NCBI GenBank assembly: GCA_030141605.1
Contig: JAQGDQ010000648.1
Span: forward strand, 55,469 to 119,468
Length of the DNA stretch: 64,000 nucleotides
Source of the DNA: Tubiluchus corallicola
Lineage: Eukaryota > Animalia > Priapulida
Direction of reading: 5' to 3'
Made by a program: the position numbers and the translations under genes. The notes beneath the pieces were generated by a model that did no database searches, was not told the DNA's origin, and worked only from the letters and a program-made list of their open reading frames with translations. This document shows, piece by piece, positions 26,569 to 39,600 of the stretch. Every line of letters begins with the position of its first letter. Positions within the stretch are counted from its first letter, which is position 1.

Positions 26569-26973
26569 CTTCTTCTCAGTTTTTCCCTATGTGGGGTCGC
26601 CGTTGTGAATAAGCCTTCTCCATGCATTCCTGTTGTTGGGAATTTATGTTCTTCTCTCTAAGGTCTACATTAAGGGTTCCAATCTTTGAACTCAAAATCC
26701 AGTTTTTGCACTAACTTCTTTGGCCGCATCCGTTCTTGATACGGTAGCCCTTGCTTGTCCACAGATTTAGGGCGATGTATCTGTGGGCCACATACAGGTG
26801 GCGTCCTAGCATTAGATTCACTTCTCTGATTTTGACTCATTCATAAAAAGGTTTTGGCTCAGTTTTTACAGGCGGATGCCCTTCCTGACCCTAACCCTCC
26901 CTATTTATCCGGGCTTGGGACCGGCACTGAGTTGGGCTAGCTTGCCCCCCCCCCCAGTGGCTAGGTTAAAAGG
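26569..26973 (-). mobile_element. Short internally deleted RTE-clade non-LTR retrotransposon with 16-bp target-site duplication
   Basis: TSD aatggaacataattat at 26553-26568 and 26974-26989. The minus strand carries an RTE-type 5' UTR (..caggaagggcatccgcctgtaaaa) and ORF start QGLPYQERMRPKKLV..(frameshift)KIGTLNV. This is fused at ~26665 to the ORF end DLREKN..RNAWRRLIHNGDPT*, followed by a GAAGAAG tail. Confidence 0.9.
26889..26973 (-). ncRNA. Twister self-cleaving ribozyme (P1 type, with a P3 stem)
   Basis: Minus strand reads U^AA CCUA GCC ACUGGG..CUCAGU GCCGGUCCCAAGCCCGG AUAAA UAGG GAGGG UUAGG. It has the conserved twister core, P2 CCUA/UAGG, P3 ACUG/CAGU, P4 CCGG/CCGG and the CCC/GGG pseudoknot partners. 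P1 is imperfect. Confidence 0.88.
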
Positions 26974-28624
26974 AATGGAACATAATTATATGATGTTAAA
27001 ATAAAGGCGTCAAAAGCTGAAATTGCTGTGTGATAGGATTCTGGCTCATTATCAACGGCAACCCTCTAAGATGAGCTACTGAACTGTCAGAGGTGACTGA
27101 GCTACACTATGACAACTAATAAACGGTGAGGTGAGAAAAATCCTCTCTTTACGAGGTAAACAGTCAGGATCAGCATGGCAAACGGAACCGCCCAAATGAG
27201 CATCGAACCCACGTCTCATGAATGGCACATGTAAGGCATGCACTTTTTCCATTCGGCATAATCCCGTATGTGATTTAAATAAAGTCCCATAAAAATATTT
27301 TAATAGAATTATGGCTGTGCAGACTTCTATAGTCTATATGCAGACTTAAGTTTTGTATGTTATCATGAGATCTATAAAAGCAGTAATTAGTAATTAGGTA
27401 ACAGCTGTGCCAAAACGTTTCCTGAAATATCAAACATTTGTAAGAAAATAGCTCGTACGTCTAATGTTTGTATAAACGATTTATCATAGGAGTTTCAAGG
27501 ATAGTCATTTACACACTGACACACTGTCAAGAGTAAATTTCTCACACTGACAAGAGTAAATTTTATAAAAGAGAGCTGTTGTTTGATCGCAGACATGTTT
27601 GTATTACGGATGAAAATCTTCCTCTGCGTCTAGAACATGACGGTCTGAGCTCAGCTCTTCACATGATTCCAAATTTTATTAAATTCCAGACAGGACAGTT
27701 GAAGATTAAATCTTTGTTTGCTTTGCGTGACTCGCTTCTCAGGTAAATACTTCTCGAGATTTCACTTATTAAATTCCTTGCCCGGTTACTGGTGATAAAA
27801 ATCTTAATTTGGGTGCTCGATGTTTACAGATGAAATAATCTGTTTACACAGCGCATTTGTTCAAATTCAGATGAGACTCTGTTTGAGCTTTACGGAGACA
27901 AACAAACAAAGTCATCATTTGCTCAGTATAACTGTTTATTGTTTGTACCATTTTCATGGCACATGCCCCATAGCCATTTGCTTCATCCCAAAATATTACA
28001 TTTTATCTGAAATAAGATATAAATTTCTTTAATAAACTGATTCATTTCTACCAAAACATCGAATATGATTAAATTAATGAGAAGCTTACAGTAAATAAAA
28101 TAAATGACTAAATAAAATTTACGTACATCGTTGGCATTAAATCATGAGTTCACACAGACACGTCACCACATGTACACCTTGAAACCTAAATGACCGGAAA
28201 TTCTGTAGGAAGCGACTATTGAGGCCAGGTGTCGCCACTTGTAACTTATAGCTATACTAAATTTGACAAACAAAAATCCTTGACAGACTCCTAGGCAATA
28301 TTTACTTTATGAACAAAAACCGATTGCTCAACATGGGAAAGAGTTAGCTGTTCTATGGTCTTCTCTAGCTACCACTAGCTTGCTTCTAGAGAATATTTTC
28401 CTTGCAGAATTATTAGTATAAAAGCACAAAGCTTTCATAAAGCATTTATAAACGAAAAGAACAGCTAGTGTGACATCATCATAATTATCATCATCATCAC
28501 CGTGTTTATTTCGGTGAGCATTTCAAGGTTGGTCATCACCCAGTAGTTCTCTGCTAAGCTTCTTGTGAGATTTGCTGAACCATTTCAAAAAAACGACACT
28601 ATCATTGTCAGTCATTTTTAAAAT

Positions 28625-29520
28625 CTAAGTGAAAGAAACAAAAAATTATGCAGCTCACGAACATCTTATAAATAGACCTGCTGGCAGACCTCGCAGAGCT
28701 GGGCCTCTTTGCAAATTTGCAAAAATACTGACAACGATAAAGGAAGAGTTGACTGTTTTTTTAGCTGTGCTTTTTAACATTGGCATAAGCCCGAAGTCCA
28801 GGGATAAAAGATTACTAGAGGCGAGACCATGAAAGCTGTCAGCCGTGGTTCTCAAAACCGATGAGTCGGGACTGAGTTGAAGTTTTATTCCACAGCATGA
28901 TGCATGTCAGCACTGTCGGTGCAGCTGGGCCGAACTAAATATAACATTTTTTTCAACTTTTGGATTGGAAAATTTCAGTCAGGTTATTGTCGTAATAAGA
29001 ATGTGTCTATTGACGAGAGTGGTGGCCGGTTCAAAGGTAGGACAAAGTTTCTCCAATATAATCCAAGTGGATATTAAGATTGTTTTCTTTATGTTGTTCA
29101 GAAAAAGGCTAATTGCTGAATGCCTTTCATATTCAGATTCATGTTCAGAATTCCATATTTTGGTGGGGGTACAGAATATAATGGAAATATTCCGGCAGAA
29201 CTCTCGATGACTAAAAAAGTTGTTGTCCATCTTTGTAATCCTTTGGCGGAAGGCCATCATGTTTTTTACAGATCGCTATTATACGTCTGTAAATCTTGCA
29301 AAAAATCTTCAAGAAAACATATCTACTTTACTGGAAGTGTAAATGCAACAAGAAGGGCTTACCACAAGTGGTACAAGAGGTAAAAAAACCTTTCACTGCC
29401 TAGGTTTGAACCTAAATTCTGGTTCAGTGATAACAAGAATCCAGCTGTTAGTGCATGGCACGATATGAAGGCAAAAAAAGTGTAGTAATGCTTTCTTCAT
29501 GTTATCATAATGAAATGCAG
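28625..29520 (+). mobile_element. piggyBac (PGBD4-like) transposase pseudogene fragment
   Basis: Across frames: EELTVFLAVLFNIGI, NVSIDESGGRFKGRTKFLQYNP, GHHVF/TDRYYTSVNLA, IYFTGSVN and AWHD..VVMLSS, with stops and frameshifts. A possible right end GGG|TTAA lies at 30445-30451. Confidence 0.88.
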
Positions 29521-30989
29521 TAGACTTACGGTTAATAGACATAATCACTTAATTGACTCAAAAACGTCTGGAACGGGCCGCTTCTATTCAGTAACTGTCA
29601 GTAATTGACTCCAATAATTCCGCACAATTGACTCAATATTTTTGGTTCACCTACTTAAAATAAGACATTTCTATGCACCCACACAGCCTTTCCTACTTCT
29701 ATGTCACCTTTATTTCCCTTCTGTGCACTATGTATGCAGAAACAATCAAGTTAAGTAAGCAGATACGTTTATCATGCACTAATAACCTAGCGTAGAGGTT
29801 TTCCTTAATTAACTCACCCTTAATTAAGAATCTGTTAACCGCTCGCCCAGTGCAATTAACATCTTTGTCCAAAGAAGGCCAAGCAATTAATGCTTTGTGA
29901 GAATACGTGCATCACACAGCAACAGATTTTCAACGTTTTTATAATTACAAGAACTTTGTGAGCCAACTTCTTCGCGAGAAAATAAAGCAGACGACATTGA
30001 AGTTATTTTTGCAAATAAATAGACTTGTGTGATTTAGAAAAGTACACTTTTCAAATTAATGCTAATTCACTTATACAAATTAATAATATTAAATATTTTT
30101 TGTTCTATGATTGTAAGATGTTTTTGCATCCGTTGTTGCTTTTCAAACGAAAAATGATTTCAGATCTTACTGTGCAACATCCATCTAAAAATCCAGAGGA
30201 GCTGACACGGCAGCTGTGTGTGTGAGCGTGCGTGCGTGTGTGTGCGTGCATTTATATATGTGAGTGCATGCTGTTGTGTTCACGCATGTACAAATAAAAC
30301 TAATATTCAATAATAACGTTTATAATAAACAATACAATGTTTGTTTATTTACAAGATTCTGTTTTAGTAAACACACCACAAGCTGTCATCATCCATTGCA
30401 TAAAATTCTATGCGGCACAGTTAAAAAGCAACTACTAAGTGAAAGGGTTAAAAATCTGTTGAGTATTTCTCAGCTGCAGAATTATTTTTATTTTGTAATT
30501 ATCTGATGTAGTTAATTTCTGCAAATGCTTCCTGGGAAGAAGAATAATGCCATTAAGATGTACGACTTTCACTAGAAGTAAGAACAAAAACGTAAAAAGT
30601 GAATAAACTGAGCTAAAAGAACTTTTCGGTTGCGTGAAAATTTTGCGCGGAACTTTAACAACAGCTGCAATTAATGTCATGCAATCTAACATTCATATGC
30701 GCGACTCAAGGCTAGACTTTTACTGCATATCACTTACTGTGCAATCGTGTTATGATGATTGTCAATTGTGTGCGTTATTATTAAGTCTTTGGTGAAGTCA
30801 ATTGTTGATTTTGAGTACAAATGTCAGCAAATAAGTGCGGTTGCAATGACTGTCATTAAGTAAGTGTGGTTGTCAGTAAATAAATGCAGTTACCGTTGGT
30901 TGTCAGCAAATAAGTGCAGTTGTTGTGATTTGTACATAAATCTTTCAGTATGCGATATTCAATTGCAAGGAAATTTCCTGGTATTGGTT

Positions 30990-31210
30990 GAAAATTTACT
31001 AGCTTCAACATATGGCAGTTTTCCAATGCTGCAAAATGTGGCGGAACGGCAATTCATTAAAATGTAGCAAGCAAACCAGCCATTGAAAATATCGTCCCAA
31101 TTTCTTTTCCATAGATTCAACTACATGGCCTGTATTTACAATTCTGCCACCGCAGCCAACTGCACTAAGACCGACTCTCTCTGCAGCCTTCAAATACTGT
31201 AAAATTGCTT
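30990..31210 (-). mobile_element. hAT-like DDE transposase fragment
   Basis: AVGCGGRIVNTG..MEKKLGRYFQWLVCLLHFNELPFRHIL resembles the GCDGTxxNTG..QWxxCxLHxNELPxRH signature. The catalytic D appears mutated. Confidence 0.75.
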
Positions 31211-31699
31211 CACAGACATTAAGAGCAGGCTCACAGGCAGGTGCCCATTTCCTCTCTCATTTGTTTTTTGCCGGCATTATTTCCGTTTTCAAAGCAGTCA
31301 TCCCTTCCTGAATCTCTTTTGAATTGTAGAATATTATCATGTTCAGCAGAACATTTCAAACACAGGCGGAGACACAAGGCAGTGGGAAATGTGTGATTAT
31401 AATTTTAAAGACTACGTCATGATACTCAGATTGCTGTCGGCACAAAGCTATGCTTTTTATCTAACTAACGACAGGCCAGTTGCTACCTAGCTATATAATT
31501 ACGATTTGAAGCCAAACACTAATTAATTAATCAGCTAGATATGGAACTCTCAGATGGAACTGCTTTTGATCTTCTGTCACTTATTGAGAACAACAGAAAA
31601 AGTTGAATGATTACGTGAAGAGTGCGATGAAAGTTACGCACTATATAAACTTCCAACTAAATGGATGAGTGGCTCTCTGAAAAACTCATCTGTTGTGTT

Positions 31700-32200
31700 T
31701 CCAGTTTATTTTTACGATAGATAGAAACAGAGAATATGGCTAAGGCAACTCTCCCTGTAACAGGTCCCTATGAAAAGGTCTGCAAATTTAATATTCATTA
31801 TTCTTCAAAAATTATAAAAATGTGGTAACCATATATCTGAAGCATTCGAACATTGAGGCCTGATGACAGCATTGAAAATTCTTATTGTTATCTGTGAATT
31901 AATATCATAAGAAAATAAAGTCTGATGTAATAAATTTATACATTTCATACCTGTATCATTTATGGTATTAATACTATCCCTAAAATAACCCAAATTACCG
32001 AACTCTAAAACTAAATATTTATTTTTCTTTTACTTTCAAAAGTTTCAATCCTTAAAGCAAAAATTATATTTTTTTAAATTTTTGCCTGTTTTATAAGAAA
32101 TAACTGCTTGAGTTTTATTTATATTTACAGTCGATGACCACTGATAACCATATTCAGCAAGTTATAGAATAAGCTTATTACAAGGGGGCATTTGCCATTA
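31700..32200 (-). mobile_element. Degraded non-LTR retrotransposon fragment (region downstream of the RT core)
   Basis: Minus strand KYL..GYFRDSIN..TIRIFNAVIRPQCSNASDIW resembles LINE KYLG..LFxxxVxPxLxYGSEIW. Confidence 0.55.
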
Positions 32201-32339
32201 TATTTTTTGGACAGTGCAGATAAGTGGCTGTCTGTAGAAAAATTTGAGTTTGTAGAAAAAAATTGTAAAAAAACTACAAGTGAGTTTGTAAAAGGAACCA
32301 GAAAAGGAGTCATATTAACAATAACAATAATCATTATCA

Positions 32340-32445
32340 CTAATCAACGTCGTCATCATCATCATCATCACCATTATGATCATCACCTAGATCATCATCA
32401 TGAGTATCATCAACTTCTTCGTCGCCATCATCATCATCATGATCG
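32340..32445. repeat. (CAT)n degenerate microsatellite
   Basis: Runs of catcatcat. Confidence 0.85.
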
Positions 32446-32994
32446 TTATAATAAATGTTACTAATAATGCACTATATCACTGCATAATCATCACTGCTTA
32501 TAAAATTGGGCACACTAGTTCCTATAAAGGAGATGGAAAATAATTTACTCTAGGTCAATTATTTAGTAAGTATTAACTTGTGTAGCCAAGGTATTCACTG
32601 TATTTCCAAATATCGGTCAACCATTTCATAAATTCTTGAAATTACTACTCCCCCCACTTTTTTTTAAGATTTCCACGTACAGTTTGGCCTGTCAAGCCGT
32701 GATTTTAGGCTCAAACTGTATGCATCACAATTATTCTATAATGTAATTTGCACATGTATATGCTGCATTTTGTAATTTCTCGATAACACTGCATTTATTT
32801 ATATTTATATTTACTTAAATGGATAATTATCTGTATTTTAATGATAATTGTAAGATGCAAAGTGGAAATGAATAAACTCTTGAACTGAATCTTAAATTAA
32901 CATTGCTTTCATTGATTTGAAATAGTCTTGTTGTTATCAACGGATGTTTAAAAAATCTCTTTGGCTTATTTGAGTATACGATCATTGACAGAAA

Positions 32995-35160
32995 CTGGAT
33001 CTAATTTAAATCATGGACAGAACTTTCTGTGTTGCGCACATTGTGTGCCAAAAATGAACCCAGGAATAAGAAAAAAATCGAGTTTTGACATGAGTTAAGA
33101 TTCCTATACTGTCTCGTACAGACCTAAAGCAGATACAAGACTAGTGATGCATTTTTACCACCTCCCGCACCCCCAAATATATTTATCAGCGTAACAAGAA
33201 GACACAGACTTATTTATGTACAAGGTTTTGTTTGCTCTAATCCTTGAAATTTACTAACACAGTTTTCATCATGCAGCCTTTTCTACTACTTCTCGACATT
33301 CATTATTGGATAGTGTACATTCATTAAATATTTTACCCAAGTAAGCCTGTCTATGCAGAGCATGGCAGAGACGCGTTCCCTTCGTACACATGACTTTTCA
33401 AATTATTACTTTAAAGACTTTTATTGGCTGCGCAAAATCGGGAAAAATTTAACACTATATTAAGAAAATTGTAGAATTTAACAGCTAGCACAGCATGGCT
33501 CTACCCCTGGATCAGACTGAATAAACAGTAAATGACACAAATCCTTACTGTGGACGTGCCCAAAACAATATTAGAAAAGCAGCAGAACAGCTTTCATTTG
33601 GTGCGATAAACCAGAAACAAATTTATTTTTTAAAGTAAATACTGAACAACAAGAAGAAAATATTAAGTGCAAAAATTTATCAAAAAATAATAATTAACAA
33701 CAACCAGTAGTGATTAAGAAGTACGCAAGTGAGTTGAGAAAAAACGATTGTTTTTTGATTTAGTATTATGCATTTAAAATCAAAATTGTTAAACAATGTT
33801 TGAAGTGAGATTTGTAATAATATAACCGCATGGGAAATGCCAAGTTTTATAAGACTAAAAGGATTTATAGGCACAATAACAAGACAAGTGTTCAATCACA
33901 TGACCAAACATGGCTCAATATGAAAGAGTAATTCTCTAAAGTGATTTGTTTGCTGAAGACAGAAATTGTCTCTCTAATATCAATCTCCTGGCGCCACCCC
34001 TGTTATCATTCAAATTAAAAAACTTCGGATTATTTTTGTCTGCTCTTTAGTATGAATAGTCTTACTTTTGCATTGCTTTCTTTGACTTGATATTGTCTTG
34101 TGGTTATTAATTATTGTTGTAAATAAATTGTCCCTTAGATCTAATTTAAATCATGGACAGAACTTTCTGTGTTGCGCACATACTGTCTCGTACAGACCTA
34201 AAGCAGATACAAGACTAGTTATGCATTTTTGCCACCTACCGCACACCCAAATATATTTGCCAGTGTAGCAAGAAGACACAGATTTATTTAAGTACAAGGT
34301 TTTGTTTGGTTTAATCCTTGAAATTCACTAACACAGTTTTCATTATTCAGCCTTTTCTACTACATCTCGACATTCATTATTGGATAGTGTACATTCATTA
34401 GTTGATGAAAATATTTTACCCAAGTATATGCAAGTCTATGCAGAGCATGGCAGAGATGCATTCCCTTCGTACACATGCTGGAGCACTGAGTGTAGCGTAT
34501 GCGTAAAGTGATTTGTTTGCTGAAGACAGAAATTGTCTCTCAAATATCAATCACCTGGCATCAACCCTGTTATCATTCAAATTCAAAAACTTCGGATTAT
34601 TTTTATCTGCTCTTTAGTATGAATAATCTTACTCTTGCATTGCTTTCTTTGACTTGATATTGTCTTGTGGTTATTAATTATTGATGTGAATAAATTGTCC
34701 TTAGATCTAATTTAAATCATGGACAGAACTTTCTGTGTTGCGCACATTGTGTGCCAAAAATGAGCCCAGGAATAAGAAAAAAATCTAGTTTTGACATGAG
34801 TTAAGATTCCTATACTGTCTCGTACAGACCTAAAGCAGATACAAGACTAGTGATGCATTTTTGCCGCCTACAGCCCTCCCACAAAATATTTGCCAGTGTA
34901 ACAAGAAGACACAGATTTATTTAAGTACAAGGTTTTGTTTGGTTTAATCCTTGAAATTTACTAACACAGTTTTCATTATTCAGCCTTTTCTACTACTTCT
35001 CGACATTCATTATTGGATAGTGTACATTCATTAGATGACGAAAATATTTTACCCAAGTATGCCTGCCTGTGTAGAGCACGACAGAGACGTGTTGCATTCG
35101 CACACATGCTGGAGCACTGAGTGTAGCGATGCGTATGGAAGAAATGATGCACATGAGAGC
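32995..35160 (-). repeat. Local tandem triplication containing inverted family A module a
   Basis: gatctaatttaaatcatggacagaactttctgtgttgcgcaca occurs at ~32998, ~34138 and ~34704. 33940-34505 and 34506-35100 are adjacent duplicates. Confidence 0.92.
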
Positions 35161-35164
35161 TCTT

Positions 35165-36650
35165 CTTCAAACAATTCACTTTAGAAAATTACTCTTTCAT
35201 ATCGAGCCATGTTTGCTCAAGTGGTAGAGCACTTTAAATACCTCACCTCTTATCTAAACAGCTATTATTATTACACAGCCTCTCCTTTGTTATCATGGCA
35301 AAAGAGTCTGGTTTTTACCCATATATTTGCAGAAATTCAATATATTAAAATTCAAGTCTGTAAATACTCTGCTATGTTTTCTTAAATCTTTCCCAGGTAT
35401 GGAATGCAGGCTTTGAAGTTTAAGTGTGTAATTGTTCTGCTTTATTTTCTTAACTCTTTCGGTGGAGTCTTTCTTTAGGCTCCTAGGCTGATTTATTGAC
35501 ACAAGATAATTTTAAGTAAATTTTAGAAATTTTTCACATCCCAACACAAACAAAACAAGTTCTAAGACGAATATTTATGGGCCTCGGATTTGAAAGCTCT
35601 TTCTTGTCACAGGGGTAGCAATTCTTGAGTGGTTGATTTGCCCATGAACTTAATAACATGGAAAAATATTCACTGCAAGTTTACAGAAACCTATTAATAA
35701 TTTTGAATCAATGGCATATAGAATTTGAAATGATGCTGAAATGATTTACAAAAATTTCCCCCCCCCCAGCATTTTCAATTACATCTGGTTAACACAGTTT
35801 CATATGTAACGGTATCAGCAAATTTGGCAAAATGTAAATTTTTCATTGGAAAAACAAAAATGTTCCAAAATCCTTCTCAGTTATAGGGCATTCGGTTCAT
35901 TCAATTTTTCTTACTTAACTATTCCCTGTGATCATTCCCAGGTGTTCAGGTAGGGGGTAAATTCAGTGTGGGTAAATTGCACAAGATGTTAAAATGTGGG
36001 AAAATATTTTCTTTACTTCCGAGCCACTTCCAGCAGTTTAACAATGCTCAAAATCAATAACAGAACTTGAATAAAACAGAATGTAAAGAGTCTTTTGTTC
36101 ACGTTCCTGAGCACTTTCAGATTTCTCCGCTTTATCCAAACAGGAATTATTATTAAGCTGTCTCGCCCTTTATTATCATAGGAAAAGCTTTTACCCCAAT
36201 ATTTGCTATACAAACACTTTGAAAAGCTTTCAAATCTAAAAATACATTCCTTTCAATCTTAACAAAACATGTTTCCCAGGGAGATATATTATTACAAGCA
36301 TAAAACTTCCAACAAAAATAATAGAACACACCTCGCTTTGATAACAAAGCTCTATTCCCAGTGCTCTCAGACGGAACTACATTTGATCTGCAGGTGGCGT
36401 GAAGAATATCTAGCGATAAAGGTTATACGACTGTTTTGCCCTAGTTGCGCCCTGTTTAAATACTGGAAAGAATGGGTTAAAAGACAGACAATATTATCAA
36501 TAGACGGGAGAATCTTTTTTGTTTAGTTAATCTGGAACTCCAAGTGAAAGAGTTAGAAGAGATGGAAAGCAAATACAGACACGAAAGTCAATAGAATGTA
36601 GAAGGTTTTTTGTTTGGATAAGCTGCCTACCTGGAACTCCCAGGGGAAGT
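35165..36650 (-). repeat. Family A copy in inverted orientation
   Basis: Reverse complement of 49920-50770, 57400-58520 and 56620-56940. ORF 36153-36347 (-) parallels ORF 13863-14057 (+). Confidence 0.9.
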
Positions 36651-39600
36651 TTCAGGTAGGACTAATTTTGTGTAGGACTTTTGTTTACTATGCGAACTAT
36701 TAAAAATAATAGCGACTCTAAACTTTGCCTTGAGAAGGGCATTTTAACTAAATTGTGCTGCACGATAGTAACACTTTTACAACTTATCAACATTATGTAA
36801 TCTCTTTTGCCAGAGATTTAGTATTTTTAATTCTACAAATTCACGGGGTTTCACAAAAACATCAAAATTCTCAGGATTGTTTCCCAGTCAAAAATGCCTC
36901 AAAGAGGTCTATTTCATCAAAAACGCTAATTTATTATTCATGATTTATTATATAGCACTGAACTATAGCCAAAATTTAATATCTTGGTTGAGTAAAATTT
37001 GCTAAACTTCTGACGTAATGCAAATTTGCAGACTTCCTAAAACTGCAGCTTTCTGTAATATATAAAGTTCTTCTGGCTAAAAACTTTCAAAGAAATTTTA
37101 AATTCTATCTTCATCAATGATGTTAAACATGCATCGAGAGTGCACTCACATTTAAAATTAACTTAAAGAAATCAAAACATGAGAAAACTCAGGAAGAGGC
37201 ACCAGGAATAGTAACGGAAAATAATTTCTTCATAATATACGACGATTTTCGAAAGTTTCTTAAAAGATCGAGAATAACCCCGAAGGTTTATGCCAAGAGA
37301 AGATATTCTACTCTTTTGGGTAAATCTAACAGGTAGTTACTTTTTGGGTAACTGCGGGCGATGTTGAACAAGTTGAGAGGTGGCGTGAAGAATATCTAGT
37401 GATAAAAGTTAGGCACTATAGGACCTTACAACTAAATAGTTGGGTGGCTGCTGAAAAAAGCACATCTCTCATATTACCTGGTTTTTCAAGGGTAGAGAGA
37501 ATACAGTAAATATGGTGAGTCTAGAATGGCATAAGGAGTAACTGCCGAGCAATGGACGAATATGCTTTGCAAGCACACATTTTGCACTTATCATTGAATA
37601 CAAATAAAGCAATTCTGAATAATCACAAATCATTTTTTAATAAACGAAAAGCCTTTTTAATATCAATAAATATTTATACTTTTCGTTTTTCAATATTCAT
37701 ATGTCTGATGTTTATTTATACTAAAATTTCAATTACGATTTACTAACTCTATGTTGCATAGTTTTATACCTTATCATCTTCATTGTATGATGTATTGTTA
37801 CTCTATAATGTGACAGAGCAACTAATCATGTTGGTCGTTAATTTAATCTGATTTCTTTCTTGGCAGTTTACAGTTTTTTTCCAATGCAAAATAATCCACA
37901 AGTTTACCGATTAAATATTCCACATCAAGACTGAATCAGCTGATTTACTAAATCTGATTTCCTACTTTCCTTATTCTTTCTGAGCAGTACCTGCCAAGGT
38001 ACTTAAACCCTGCTAAGTATCAGTACTTTCAACAAGATTTTGTGTCCTTTCCTCTTAATTAAAATTGACCCAGGGGTAGAGGCTTGCTGTACCGACTGCA
38101 TACCAGTTTGCATTTTTCAATTTTTCTAATCTAGCGCTAAAATTTTTGCCTGATTTTGCGTTGTGCAGAAAGTTAGTATAAGTCTTGAAAGTAATAAATT
38201 GTTGAGTCATGAATCGTTTGCCAGTTCTGCGCATGAGCATTCATGTGCGCTTCACTACACTCACTGCTCCTGCACATGCACGAGAACACCTCGTTTCTGC
38301 CACGCTCTATGCAGACCCCCAGGTTTGATCAAATATTTTCACCATCCAGTGTTTGTACCCAAAAATGAATGCCAAAAAAATACATGAAATGCATGCATAA
38401 TGAAAATTTCCAACAACTATTTTGGCAGATTCATGAAAATTCACGAAAATTAATGACAACTGAACCTGGTTCTTAAATAAATGTGTATTTTCATGATACA
38501 CTGCCAAATTTAATTGTGAGTGGTGGCGGCGGTATAAACTACATCAGTATTCTTGTATTTTCATTTAATTCTGAGATAATTATTTTCTCTGCACGAATCT
38601 GTTCTACAGTCAAAACTAGAATTTCTTTGTCTGGGCACATTTTTGCTACAGGATTTTGTGGCACAGTGTCTGCCACACAAAATGTTCTCTCCATGATCTA
38701 AATTGCTCATAATTTCTATCAAAACATCGTTTATCGTATACTCAAATATGGCTAAGAGACCATTTATTCGCAGCATCCATTAATTATAACAACACAATGT
38801 AAAAACAGTAGTATTCATACTAAAGAGCGGACAAAAATCATCCGTTGTCATTGAGTTTTAATAATAACAGAGTTGGCGCCAGAGAGGGACAATTTCTGTC
38901 TTCAGCAAACAAATCACTTTACAGGTTTACTCTTTTCGTGTCGAGCCACGTTTGCTCTTGTGCTTGAACAATTAAAATTGTCTGTGTCTTGTTTAAACAC
39001 CTATTATTATAACGCAGCTTAGTCTTTATTATGATGGTAAAACAATCTGGTTTTTCCCTCTTTGTTTTCAATGCAAATACGTCAAAATGCTTTCAAAGCT
39101 AAAAACTCAAACTCACTTATTGTGCTTATAATCCTTTTAGTCTTATCAAAACATCGTATTTCCCAGGTGGTTTTATTATTACAAGCTTTACTTCAAAGAG
39201 AAAAAATAATGGCATGTATGACAGTATGATTGATCACAGACTTTGATTTGCAAGGTTAAGCAAAAATGAAACTGGTCAGCAACTGGATTTCTGACTTTTG
39301 CTCTCAGTGAATTGGGATGCAGAAAACCACATTGTGTTGCATCTCTTTGTGCAAGATTAGTGATCGCGAATCAGTTACGTAGTTTAAAGTTTCTCATAAA
39401 CAGTAAGTGATATTAAACGTGAGTTAAGGTGAAATCTAATGTGAGAGGGAGGCTGTTATACCAGAAAGTGATGGAATAATGAGAAATGTTTTTACTTCAC
39501 GCTCCTTTGTAGAAAAGCTTACGTCAATTTTCCTGGAATGTCGTACACTGTTAACAGTCTTGTCTGCATTTGTTCAGCTTTCCTCTTTCCCAGGTGTGGA

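Larger units (their letters stand above)
26120..28620 (+). repeat. Duplicated block collinear with ~39495-41975
   Basis: Shared runs ttcacgctcctttgt, ttcccaggtgtgga, tttgtttgctttgcgtgactcgcttctc.ggtaaatacttctcgagatttcacttatt and ggtgagcatttcaagg.tggtcat occur in the same order. Confidence 0.85.
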
